A stretch of 64,000 bases of DNA from the NCBI RefSeq assembly GCF_964355755.1, contig NC_092676.1:26926871-26990870 (forward strand), in the 5' to 3' direction. Positions within the stretch are counted from its first letter, which is position 1. The number at the start of each line of letters is the position of its first letter. Shown here one piece after another: positions 25,484 to 37,765 of this stretch. The notes beneath the pieces are model-generated. The model saw only the letters and a program-made list of their open reading frames with translations. It was not told the DNA's origin and ran no database searches. The position numbers and the translations under genes are program-made. The stretch is from Antedon mediterranea. Its lineage: Eukaryota > Animalia > Echinodermata.

Positions 25484-26217
25484 GGGCCTGTTCGTAGGGG
25501 TTGAAAATACCAGCTTATTCCCGATTTCCGTTCGCGTGATCCAATTAACTTTTGCCTCAGGCTACAAAAAATTCGAGGTAAAATGTTCACCAAATTTGCA
25601 GGTTATTTCAGCGATAATCCAATTATACTCGGCCTTCGAGGATAATAAATCTCCGATAGAGGCAATGTGTCAAATTTTGACAAACGTTCGCTGCCTAGGC
25701 CCGTCATTTCTCCTACGAAGCTCTTCCATACACACTTCGAGAGCGATCGTCAGCTGGTGCTGTCCTTGTTGGTGTAGACCGCTTAGTAGTAGGCCTAGCT
25801 GGTCGGGGAGCCGCTGGTCGGGGAGCCGCTGGTCGGTGGTGTTTCCGTCGTGTAACATTGGGCTCAAATTCTTCGTCAATGAGTAAAATAATGGTCGTCA
25901 GGAGAAGGCATATTTCGGCAGGATTATCGGCGTTAAGAGGCATAAGGTTTGTCGCAAGGATAAGCAGTGTAAAAGGTAGCAAGTAATTGTTATTGTAAAG
26001 AAAGATCGCGAGTAAAAAATATACAACACGAAACTAGCGTGCGAAAATGGGGTCGTAGGTTGTAAAGACAACTGACCTTAAAACGTAATTTCCGGTTTGT
26101 GATTCGTCGATTAAGCATTTAAGCGGTTAAATATTTCAAGTACGAACAACGCTCAATTTATAACCCGAGGCATGGGTGAAATTAAGCGCTTATTTTTACC
26201 ACCGTACAAACACGACC
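25484..26217. mobile_element. Harbinger-like non-autonomous element nested in the Kolobok
   Basis: TAA|GGGCCTGTTCGTAGGGGTTGAAAATA...TATTTTTACCACCGTACAAACACGACC|TAA; imperfect ~35-bp TIR and TAA TSD. Confidence 0.7.
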
Positions 26218-26689
26218 TAAATGTGCCACTGTGCTTATAGATAAATGTAATAAAAACATGATTACAATGGTTCAAGGTACAATAGTAAGCAATTTAGTTA
26301 AAAAATAGACTTTTAAACGACAACATATCGGAAATTGAACAGCGCCATTTTGACAGGTTAAGAGCAATTATGTGACGTCAGATTAGGTGGACGCATTCCA
26401 GCAAATCCAAGCGTCCATTGTCTTTAGTACAGTATTTCAATACGGAAGTGCGGGATAACCATAAATGAAATCAATTAAATAGCCTAACATACCTAATATT
26501 TTCGGAATATGGCTTGGATTTTTTATAATTCAGAAAATTTGGAACCAGAATATACAGAAAAAGAATTAGTTTTGCGTCGTCGTTGTTTTTTAGCACTACG
26601 ATTCTCTGACGAAATTCTTCTCTTCGTTGTCCTTGTTGTCGCCGCGGTACCGCTGCTACTACTACTACCACCGTACTACACGAATTACT

Positions 26690-26899
26690 AGGCCTAGAAC
26701 TCGTGTTGAACGAAAATAAAGTAGGCACTGCATCGTCAACCAACAGCCTCCGTTTGGAAGGTTTGCCAGTTAATTCCCCTACCAAATCCCGTTTGAAACA
26801 GCTAGGCCAAAAATGATCCGAACATACTGCAACATGCTTCGTTACAACCAGAAGAAAAGATCGATCGAAGGTTTGTTTACCAAGCCAGCGCATGCTCAT
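26690..26899 (-). pseudogene. THAP zinc-finger remnant (C-terminal half)
   Basis: W...VCSDHFWPSCF...LVDDAVPTLF matches the THAP CxxHF and AVPTIF motifs. The N-terminal CxxxxC is missing and there is no DDE domain. Confidence 0.85.
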
Positions 26900-28866
26900 A
26901 ACGTGTCATCGCTGTCCTGCATGACCGCATGCCGCGTTATTAGCCAATCATATTAGCGTATTCGCTTAGCCAATAGAAGCGCAGAATGCAACCGCGAATC
27001 TTAACATTTTCGTCGGCCGTATTTGACGTCACAAATAGGCTGCCATGAGCACAAGATGGCGATTTTTAAATGTCTTGAAAACAACTTTAAAATCCTGTTT
27101 ACTAGAAAACTACAAATCCGATTTAAACATAAATTGTTCTGAATATTAAGTTGGTAGGGTTACTTTTATAATAGTTAAGTAAAATATTAGGGTGTCCCTT
27201 TCCTTTAACCAACTTTTAAAATTTCTTTACAAATTTTAAACCTAAATGTTATACAAACCACCTATAATATATTATACTTTTATAAGTATGAACCATTTTT
27301 TAACCACCTGCTACAAAATGGTATTGTCCAATCTGCAAAGAAACTTTTTCATTGGTTCCATGTTGACAGAACTTACTGGTGCATGACTTTGATTATTTTT
27401 GTCTGGATTTTGGGTAGCATTCACCCCTGTTTTTCTAATATTCCACAAGTTGAGCAAACATCTTGACCAACCTGATTTTAAGCTTGCCTGCTTTTCAGGA
27501 ATTTTATTTTTATAATCCAGTGTTTAGTTTACCTGAGGATGAGGTTTAGTGAGGTAGTTATAAGCGGATCTTCATATTAAGATTGTACCATAAAATGTCA
27601 GGTATGTCATAAATACAAATCGTAAGGTGTTAACATTTTATAATTTATTAGAATACCATTTTCAAGCTGTGATTACCAGTGTATTATGTAGATACAGTGT
27701 TTATGAGTTTTATCAAGACAATCTAATAACAGGATGATGTTCCAGAGATTAAATGATTTATCTGTCGCTGCGACATGTTCAGTTCCATGCCCCTTAAACT
27801 TTTTGACTGATTTTCTATTGGTCAATTGGCTTCCTCAAAGAGACACCACGCCACGAAGAATACACTGCGAAGAATATGTACCTAGTACAGTATTGTTTTT
27901 ATTTGTCAAAGAACTGTTACCAGTTCCTATCTTGGCAAGGCAAGCTCAGTCTCCTGTTGTTAGATTTCCTTGGTTTTATTACATGTATTTGTCCATCCTT
28001 GCTCCGTTGTTAGGTCAGAGTGGAAATGGTATAGAACTGGACCTTTTAGAGGTGGGCTTTGCCTAATGTGCATTTCAATGTCAAGAGCTTGGGAAAATCA
28101 ACCCGTAGCCATGAATTTTACAGAGGATTCATTTTCCACAACAGGGCTCAGGGCAAACAACATCACTTGGCAGGGTTTCTGGTTTGAAAAATGTACTTTA
28201 GCAAAAGGGGGGGGGGGGGTTCAAATCCTCAAATCTTCTAGGATACAGGTTTAAAATTATCTACATTTTACAATTCTTTCATCCAGTATATGATTTGACA
28301 AATTGACCAAAGGATCAGCATACTATAGCAATTTGCACCTTTAAATAGACCTTTTTAATCTTTTTCTACTCTGTGATTAAGCGTTGCTGAAGCTGCTAAA
28401 TATCCGTGTTGATGGTTAAATAATTCAAATACTTTCAAACTAATCCTTTAAATTTAACCACCTTTAGTTCCGTTAAAGAAGATAAAAGAATCTTTCTCTC
28501 CTATTTAATGATTAATGCGCCACTATTGAAGCGCTGAAGCCTCACTTCTTATCTGTCATTATCACATAACAATAGTTTATTGTCGTTAACATTGTATACA
28601 TAATAGATGAACTAACTATTGTTATTTGTAGACTTCGTGTCAGCTTATAAGGCTCCATAGTTTGATAATAAGCCACCGCACTGAAGATTATATCGGGTTA
28701 GAGTGAAATTCCCTAATAATTATATACACTATGGTTTATTGAAAAAAATTGATTTACGATCAATGACCTTTGTAGAGTGTGGTTATCGAGAAGTTATATA
28801 ATAACTCCTTGGTGGTTATATATTGTACAATTGATTGTGTGAGACTTGGTAGCTACCACACTTTTT

Positions 28867-29720
28867 GGGCCTGTTTCTATAGAGCAGAGAATACGGTTTT
28901 GAATACCGTTCTTTTCAAGAACCGTTTTTTCTTGCCAGCAGAAATGGGTCCCCACAAAAAACCACAAAAAAGAACCGATCTTAAAAACGGTTTCAAAAAT
29001 CCCAATTGATTGCGGTCTCGATCGCAAAGAACCGTTCTGAAACCGGTTTCCGCGGAGCAATTTTTAGCTGCAACACAATCGCGGTCTCAATTTGACCCCA
29101 AAAACTGAACTCTGCAGTCTGCTGCACTGGGATGATTGCGGTCATCTCGCAGTCAAACTCGCGCGATAGGACTTAGGCCTAAGTCATTTTTATTTCTCTA
29201 GATAGTGAGTATTTTATTTAACTAAAAAATGTTGACCGATGCCATTACGAGGTTCGTAAAAAATATGTGAAGGAAAGAAGATGAGGGGACTTGTCGGGAG
29301 TTGGAAGAAAGACTCACGTATTAGGCCTAGGCCTACATGTTTTTAAGAACATTGTGAAGCGTGTGAAAAATAGACGAGTTCAACTTGACAATATCAGAGG
29401 GTGCGACGTACCTATACTTTAACCAAGGACCACAATAACGTTTCAGGTAATAATTCCCCCTTCTATGGTGAAATGGATGCTATTTCTTGGGGATCGCGCT
29501 ATGCGAAAAAAAGTAAACATGACCTCGATCAAATCGCGCTTCCACCTAACGAACTGCATTGTGGTGTATATAATGACGTCATTCATAACGAACGCACATG
29601 GATGGAACCGGTTTTATTGGAGTAAAAATTGAGCTGCAACGCGATCTTTATTTATAAACAACAGCCGAAACCGGTTTCCAAAAAACCGTTCTTTTTTTAT
29701 TTTTCAATAGAAACAGGCCC
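28867..29720 (+). mobile_element. Harbinger/PIF deletion derivative with Myb/SANT ORF remnant
   Basis: TTT|GGGCCTGTTTCTATAGA...TCAATAGAAACAGGCCC|TTT (16/17 TIR, 3-bp TSD). Internal RRTYTLTKDHNNVSGNNSPFYGEMDAI resembles the end of Myb/SANT-like (trihelix) domains. Confidence 0.82.
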
Positions 29721-32033
29721 TTTGTGGCAGATTTCAATTGTGAAGTTTAGTGTGCAGTCAGGAAAAGAAGTCATAGACAGCGATTTGTCGTGTTATTCGT
29801 AAAAAAAACATTTTTTGCACACAGGGCAAATCATAAACTACTGAAGCTAAAAAGTCTATGACAAGTCTATGGGATAGGAGAACAGCATTCTGATGAAACA
29901 TGGAAAACCTGGAAACATTCAAACATTTATCATTTTTCTTTATATCCACAAACAGAAAAACTACTAAACCCAGGGCGACAGAGCTTAAGGGACCCAGAGC
30001 ATGAGGGCCCCTTAGAAGTGCTAAACCAGGGGTCTTTGCACCCTGTGTTATGCCACTACCAGTGGTTACATTAAGTTCTGAAAAGTGCCGATTATCCTGG
30101 TTTTCTATCGTTAATTGAAGTTTATCAAAGTTAAAACAAGCCAATGAACTTTAAACTATTCACAACAAAACATCATTTTGGTTAAAAGACAGTTTGGACT
30201 TTATTCATTTTGACATCATTGCTCATGTAACCGTATCATTAATATTATGTATCATCATTTCATACGCAGGTGTCGCCTTCCAAAGTTCGTTTTCTAATTA
30301 CAAGTTACAAAAACATGAATGACATATTTATTGTTTGTAATATGAATCATTATTGTTTGTTTTGCTGATTGGCAATACTACAAAGAAGCTGTCAATAAAA
30401 TATACTGTTTCAAAATGTCAAGTTTAGGTCAGGTCATTGAGGTTGAAATGTGGTATGGTAATTAAATTTACATAATGATTAGCAATGAACCATTCTATGT
30501 TGTTACCTGCAATATTTTTTACCTTGTTCTCTTGTACTCCTTAATGTTACAACAGCGCCCTCACGTGAAACGCACATTAATATACTATGGCTTGTAATAG
30601 AAATTGAACCAAAATGACATGCAAACAAATTATGTGTATACTGTCATTCCAATTCATCACATGGTTTAAAAGCCTTTAGGCCACAATAGTTTGAGTATTG
30701 TGCTTTATAGTATAGGCTACTGTCAAAACCTTACCAGAGTTTTGTAATAGTGATAATAAAAGCCTAAGTATTAACATAATCATGGACCTATAAATTACTC
30801 ATTTATAGGTCCACGCCACAATGATAAGCTGTCAGCTTTTGTGTAATAAAGTTTGTTCAGCTTTATTGCTTATTGTTCTTTTAGTTTATTAATGTGTTTG
30901 ATTTTATTAAATTTATCTTGTAAGTTACTAATGGATTTGTTTATCTTATAAACTAATTTATTTGTGTCTGTATGGTAAATGAGGAATTTCCAAGAATACA
31001 GTCAAATACAGACAGACAGTCAATATTTAGTTTAATTCACTAGACAAATTATGTACCTATAGATTTGAGCCCTATAAGGGGACAATTGAATAAAGTCTCA
31101 TTTAGTCCTGATTAAATTTGAACAGCAATAAATAAAAATAAGTAATAAAAATTGTTGAATTGTTACAATATAATATTTTATGAAAGTTACATCTGCATTT
31201 GATTATCTTTAAATACTATTTTTAAACACTTTTTTCAGAATTTTGTATTATATAATGATATAATATTTATAATTACAATTTACAGTGTGTGAAAGTGCTT
31301 TTCATCACCTGTTATGTTTCTAACTTCGCTCGTTAAGTAAGTTTAATTTCAATTTCAAATTACCTTTCACTTTCGTTCTCAATTTGGAAAAGAGAAGGCG
31401 AACGGATTTGTGCATAACCGAGATTGGTAAGCTTAAAGTCTCACATAAACATAGAAGTAGAATTAAATTTGTTTTAATTTCAATTTGAAACTCTTCTTCA
31501 CAAAGCAATAGTGAAAATGTTTAACTACCATCAATCATTTGTTTTCTAAAGCAACGTGGTGTTTCAGTAACTTACCACAATTAGATAGAAACTGTAACTA
31601 TGTTGACTAAATTCAAAACCATTGGCGTAATCTACAGGAAATGGCATAGTACAAAAATATATTTCTTAATCACACGGAAATATAGAAAAAACAATTTGAT
31701 TAGGGTTTTTTTAGACGATACGTGAGCTAGCCTAATCCGTCTCAGTTGCATACGTCGTTAGAAAGCCGTAGACAACCCCTCGTTAGCATCAGACCACCAA
31801 GCATCACAGCAGTCAGCAGGTTTGATCGTACTTGTGAAATTGGAAGCTCATCTGGTCAGTGATCGTCGTCGTGTTCGTGTTTACTCTAAGATTGGATAAC
31901 TGAAACTTGCCCAGGGCTTTAGTTGTCTGATTGTGATACAACAGTATTGGATTTTCCAAGTAGCGAGCAGTGTTCTGTTGCTCCTGTTTATGTCATATTG
32001 ATAGGATTAATTGGTGCTTTGTCAACGAAATCT

Positions 32034-32091
32034 ATGGAAACCAACGTGAAGGATGATATTATACAGTTGGATGAACAGTTGAAAAACTTAG
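32034..32091 (+). CDS. candidate alternative first coding exon of a short ANKS1 isoform
   Basis: ATG-METNVKDDIIQLDEQLKNL-G|gtagat; the phase-1 donor fits the phase-1 acceptor at 39959. Preceded by a CpG-rich island at about 31700-31900. Confidence 0.5.
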
Positions 32092-33037
32092 GTAGATGTT
32101 TTGCCATTCTTGTATGAAATTTTAGCTTATAATAATAGTATATTTTTAAGGGTATGTAGGCCTACGGTGTCCAAGCTAGATCTGACGCATTCTTGAAAAT
32201 TGATGCCTAGTTTTTTATATTACTGTATCAATAAAGCTGATTCTTCGTACTGTATGTATTATTTCTTCAGTATCAAACATAGGCAAATTATGTAATATAG
32301 TATCACATGTGATTCCTGTATCAGCCTTAACCTTAACATATATGGAGCTATAGTAAAGTGAATTAAGTGAGACAAACCACCAAGTCAATGTTAAATTAAT
32401 TTGAAAATACAATTAAATAATACATTACGATAATGATAGTCAAAGAGGTAAACTACAGCTGCTAAAGTCACCTGCCCACAGGCTCTTGATTAGAGCGATA
32501 AATTAAAAAGGAAATTAGTCATTTATGAAAAAAAAACAAGAGAAACAGCCTGAAACATTCAGGAAACCAAATTTTAATTGAGATGCAGTCTTGTTTTGTA
32601 TCCAGCTTGTGACAGATTTTTTTTTCATTAGCCTAGAAACAAGCTTTTGTATTAGAGTATTGATTATATTTTATGTCCACTTTTGTTATGACAGATTTAT
32701 ATATGTAGACAACTAGTTTACCCAACATTTCTATACTATAGATACGTACCCATTCTCTTTTCCTTATCTTGTCCAACTTTTTTTGGTGGTTTGGTTTTGT
32801 ACAGTATGCGTGTGTGTATATAATGTGCTTAATAGGAATGATGGTTTCAGACCAGTTTTTAGTAGCATTAATACATTTTACTAGCTGATTTTGATTGTAT
32901 GCTGGCCTACTAGTAGATCCTGCTGGATAGATTCATATAATCTTAAATGCCACGCCTATAAATTATACCCAAATCATTTCCAATCTCATATTAACTTTAT
33001 GTAGTATATCATATTTGCTTACGGTAATTCATCAAGA

Positions 33038-33341
33038 TACGTGTGGCGCAGGGTGTTGGACGTTGGATTACTGATCGTGAGACCAAGGTTCTAATCTAAC
33101 TCTCGCCGCATTGCTTGTAACCTTAGGCAAGATACTTTACTTACGTTTGCCTATCTCCACCCAGGTGTATAAATGGGTACCCAGTTAGATCAAGACACAA
33201 CTTTGCTCTGAATACTAGCTGCATTATGGGAGTTTGTTTCCATACGTGTTTGATCCAAAAAAATGACTGGGGTAATAATGTTCAGCGCTTAGAGAAGCTT
33301 GCTTGTAGAGCGCTATATAAGAATGAACTATTATTATTATT
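33038..33341 (+). mobile_element. tRNA-derived SINE with L2-type tail, copy 1
   Basis: TGGCGCAG A box, GGTTCTAATC B box, core CTCCACCCAGGTGTATAAATGGGTACC, tail GCGCTATATAAG...(TAT)n. Confidence 0.85.
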
Positions 33342-34656
33342 TATATTTATACATACGGCTCAGCTACAGTGATTAAGTTCACTTAGGTTGACCCTGGTCT
33401 CCCCAATTTTATTTATTTATACTTCTTATATCTATACTGAAATAGACCGAATAAATAATGAAATGAAATGAATATGGACTAGTATACTACACATTATTTA
33501 CACCCTGTTAAACCTTTTGAACTTTTGGACACTTTAAGCGCATTATGGTGGTGTAAATACGCGATATTAAGAGAAAGTTTATGTTATTGTTATTATTGTT
33601 AGAAAGTAAGAAAACAAGTAAGATCTAAGTCTGATTAACCAGGCTTTTCATTGGTCCTCATCTATTCTATTAATATAATAATATCAGTTCAAATACAGTT
33701 CATGAGTTCCAGTCGTTTGACAGATAACAAATTAACTATGTAATTGCCAATTCAGGTCACCCATTTGGAGAGTTGATTCCAATTGGGATGATGGGATGCC
33801 TAATTCTATAAATTAGATTGCATACTGTGAGTTGTAATTTTTTGGTAAGTCCTCTCAATATTTGAATTAATGTATGTAATATTGGGTCTAATGCACTATG
33901 CATTAGTATGGTTTGAGTAAATAGGTTTATAATGAATGAGATCTACAAATTATATTTCAACGGTGGTGATCCAGTTGGCTTTTAATTATTTCTAGGCCAG
34001 AACAATTGTTAGTTTTGACTTGCTTAACTTTACAGTACTGCAGTTGCAGATACAGGATCTACAACTGCTTATCTTTTCATAGGCATAGGCTAGATTGCTG
34101 TCTGTTGAAAATTGTAAATGCAGAACTAACCCCCAAGTCTACGAGACCAGCCCACCATGGTTGAGGCTGAGCTAAGAAAACTTTGAAAAATAGAGCTGCT
34201 AAATTGCTCTTGTACTTTGAAAATGTCAGGTTGCGAGGGGTGCGACCTTTTTACTGATACCAGTATATTCCTGAGCCTACTGACACAAAATAAGAAAATG
34301 TTGTCTTGATCGAGCTTTGCATATTTCTCTGTTCAAATTGTGATACTAGATGTAACTGTTTCGTGATCGTGTACATTATGTGTTTAGATTTTGTTGGAAC
34401 GTTAATTGAAGCTTGCCAATAGGTGTTTAAACCTGAACGTCAGTTTGAACACCATAGTTGATTTATTGTTTGTTTATTTATGGCATAAAATTTCCAGTTT
34501 CCAGTGTCCGGATTACAATAACACCACGGTAATGATATGACAACGCACGCGTTAGGGTCCTCGTGAGCCTATTCTATTTAGTTTGATGGAAATTTAATCT
34601 ACAATACTGTACAGTACTAATCTGTGAATTGTACATTTTAAGGAAAATGTACTATA

Positions 34657-34821
34657 AGCTCTGTCTACACTACCAAATTAGTTTGACAAAAACGTGTAAT
34701 GTGACCCAAATATGGTAGTAAAATGCCTATATATAGTAGTGATATGCCCAAATACAGTAGTGGTATGACATCTTCATGTCCATATTTGGGTACATCACAT
34801 TTTGATGTCACATAAAGAGCT
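34657..34821. mobile_element. MITE family A, copy 7
   Basis: Left TIR intact, right TIR partly deleted, extra internal subrepeat. Confidence 0.8.
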
Positions 34822-36474
34822 TACTAGCTTGGAGAGAGTAGGATACCCTACAAGGCAATTTCATCCCTTGTAATACTGTACAGCTTTACAATTTACTTTA
34901 TAGAGAAAATAGCTACAAATTATAAATAAGATATCAATTTCATGGTGATATGGTTTTTATCCAATTTACGTATACTAATACTTTAAAGCGATTGTAGAAT
35001 ATAAATTGAAATATTTAATATTCTGTAGCCGTTTATAGTTTTACTGCAAATCAATCCTATTACATTTCATATCCGTTTAAACGTGTCAACCTTTAGGGAA
35101 GGGGTGTGATGTCGGTAAAATCAATTGCCCTAATGGAATTAAATTGCTACTCTCTAGAGAATTTTTGTTGTTTTTCGGGAACCGGCAGATATGTTTCAAA
35201 AGGAATTACAACTATTACATACAGTGGGATTGCAGAACTGGCTACAAAAATGGGAGGAGAAAAGAAGGATGCATGGTAAATTGTAGTACCACCCACCTCC
35301 TCCCCAAACAACTACATCCCTATTTCAATGTTTTAAATAAAAAAAGTAACTTAATATATTGTGACAAAAATATAAGCTGGTCAATATTTGTCAAGACAAA
35401 TTGCTATCCTTAATTCATGTTAAGAAATATTCCGGTCCAGTACAACCATTTTAATACATTAACATTTAAGTCTGGTATTCAAAGAATGCTACATCAGCGT
35501 TTAAAAGAGTACACAGTGAAATTAACAAGTAACAATATTATCACTACTACGAATGAAATGACACTGATATTAAATTATTCAGCTCCTATCAATGTATATT
35601 TACATATTAGACAATCATATGTAATTATCTATGCATCCATAAGCAAGTAAATAAATATGGTGATTTCCCTGTGTGATGAGCAGCCTATAATCTGCCTGGA
35701 AATCACCCAGGCACTATAACAGCTGTTACCGTAGCAGTGACAGATAGGCCTTGCATGCAGTAGGGGTAGTTGATGAAACTGCTGGTCTTCATGTTAACAT
35801 AACGTTTGAGGAATTATTTTTGGATTTACGACAACGTTTTGTAGTGACTTTACAAGGATTAATATTATTTTTTGTCGATATTGAACGTTATTGCTGACAC
35901 AACAGTGTGTTGTTTGATGTATCACTGATATGGTATTGATACCACATAATCAGTTGTTATTGGCTTGATTTATTTAACCGGCTCGAGTAAGTACAGTAAT
36001 TTGTACTAGGCCTAGGCCATGTACTTACAGTAAAATGGAAGTATGGCAGGCCTCTAATACTAGACCTAATTCATAGATTTATTATGACTCAACTATAGCA
36101 TACAGTAGGCCTAAACTAATAGCTTAATGTGGTGGGATGGGAAAACACACTGGGCCATTTCTTTTTACAGGTACTGTATTAGTTCAGGACATGATCTTTG
36201 TGTTCTACTACTCCTCGAAGCCGCAAGGTTTAATTAAGTTTCATTATCAATTTTGTAACAATACATTAATTTTTATTGAGTAAGAATATGTTCATGTTGA
36301 TTTATGACAGAAGTCATGTTTATTGTTAACCAAATGTTTTAACAAGGTATGAGGTTTGAACAATACTGGTACTCATGTGGGTTTGACCACAACAGACACA
36401 TCAAGCAAGTTCATTGGCAAATATAAAAGCAAATAAAGTGTTCGGTGTTTGTAAACGATGTAATAGATTAGGTA

Positions 36475-36784
36475 TAATAATAATACCACATTTATATAGC
36501 GCCCTTTTCATGAGTAATCATGCTCAAAGGCGCTTTACAAGCATTATTACCCCAGTATTTTTTTGGGATCAAACACATATGGAAACATACTCCCATAATG
36601 CAGCCGGTAACCAGCGCAAAGTTGTGTCTAGATCTAACTGGGTACCCATTTATACACCTGGGTGGAGAGAGGCAACGTAAGTAAAGTATCTTGCCTACGG
36701 ATACAAGGAATGCGGCAAGAGTTGGATTCGAACCTAGGTCTGACGATCGGTAGTCCAACGTCCAACACACTGCGCCACACGCCC
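36475..36784 (-). mobile_element. tRNA-derived SINE with L2-type tail, copy 2
   Basis: Reverse complement of the 33038 family, with an intact B box GGTTCGAATCC. Confidence 0.87.
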
Positions 36785-37512
36785 TTATATATATATATAT
36801 ATACAGTACCTCAATTAATTTACTAAGGTCTTAAAGGTCTAAAGTTAGCCTAAATTAGGAGATGATTCAATTCAATTTGTTGGGATTGTACTCAAGCATT
36901 GGATTATACATGGTCATACGGCAAAACCAATGTTTGTTGTCTAGTAAGCGTATTTATTTTTAGACCAGGTCTGCAAGAGTTTATGATGGTTGTGTTTGCT
37001 TTGAAGAAGATCCCATGTATTCAATTAAATTTTGAGAATTGTATCGCTTTTTAACATAATTTCAGAACCAACTAATTGAACTTGTCACTCATTATTATGA
37101 TAAGTTGAAGTACTTTACTAGAGGAGAAGTTGTTACTGTTCCCTTTATTAGCTAGAGGCATTTCATACAATCCCAGGCTGGTGTAAAATGTCTAGGCTTT
37201 AGCAGTTAAGGTGATAGTCTGTAATGATCCCATCATGCTTTGACACTTGTATCATTGTCGGTAAGAATGGATCCAGCGGTCGATTAAACATGCCGCTTCC
37301 TGCCTACTGCAGCAAGTGAATTAATGTATGATTTAAATTATTAACAGGGGGACTGGAATGATAAGAATGCTGAAACTAAATTTAGCCAACTTCAATGTGG
37401 AAGTAGTTACAACTAGTGGTAACCAATAGGTCTATCAGACTGTTCTATTTTGGCGAGATCTAGCTCCTCGGACTCCTCATTAGAACTAGTTATAACCTGT
37501 TACCTATAGGGC

Positions 37513-37765
37513 TATCGGCAAGGAGTCGAGGCTCACTCGCTTCATGGTCCTGTTGGTAGAACAAGTCTTCTCGGATAAGGACTATACAACATAGGTCCAG
37601 TGTACACATCTGGCTCATGTGGACTTTAAAGAACTACTTACATCTTTTGGAAGAGTAGGAGGTTACCCCCACATTCACACATCCACTGTCACACACAGAC
37701 TGTTTTTATCAGCATATGCTGTTTAGGGTCACCCTCTTCAAATACGGTGAAATTTAAAAAATAAA
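37513..37765 (+). mobile_element. tRNA-derived SINE, Meta-domain-like, copy 2 (5'-eroded)
   Basis: GGTAGAACAAGTCTTCTCGGATAAGGACTAT...AGGTCCAGTGTACACATC core, A-rich end. Confidence 0.78.

Larger units (their letters stand above)
25461..27204. mobile_element. non-autonomous Kolobok transposon with THAP remnant
   Basis: TTAA|AGGAAAGGAACACCCT...AGGGTGTCCCTTTCCT|TTAA (15/16 TIR). TTAA TSD with AGG ends plus a THAP domain is the Kolobok signature. Confidence 0.85.

Noticed and set aside
26471-26899. Functional nested THAP gene
   Set aside because: Lacks the N-terminal CxxxxC, degenerates into low-complexity sequence and lies within transposon TIRs.
27734-28254. Overlapping 110-aa and 94-aa ORFs in the large intron
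   Set aside because: No recognisable motif or consistent splice sites; expected by chance.
36700-36784. tRNA gene
   Set aside because: A/B boxes run straight into a SINE core and tail, and a diverged second copy exists; this is a SINE head.
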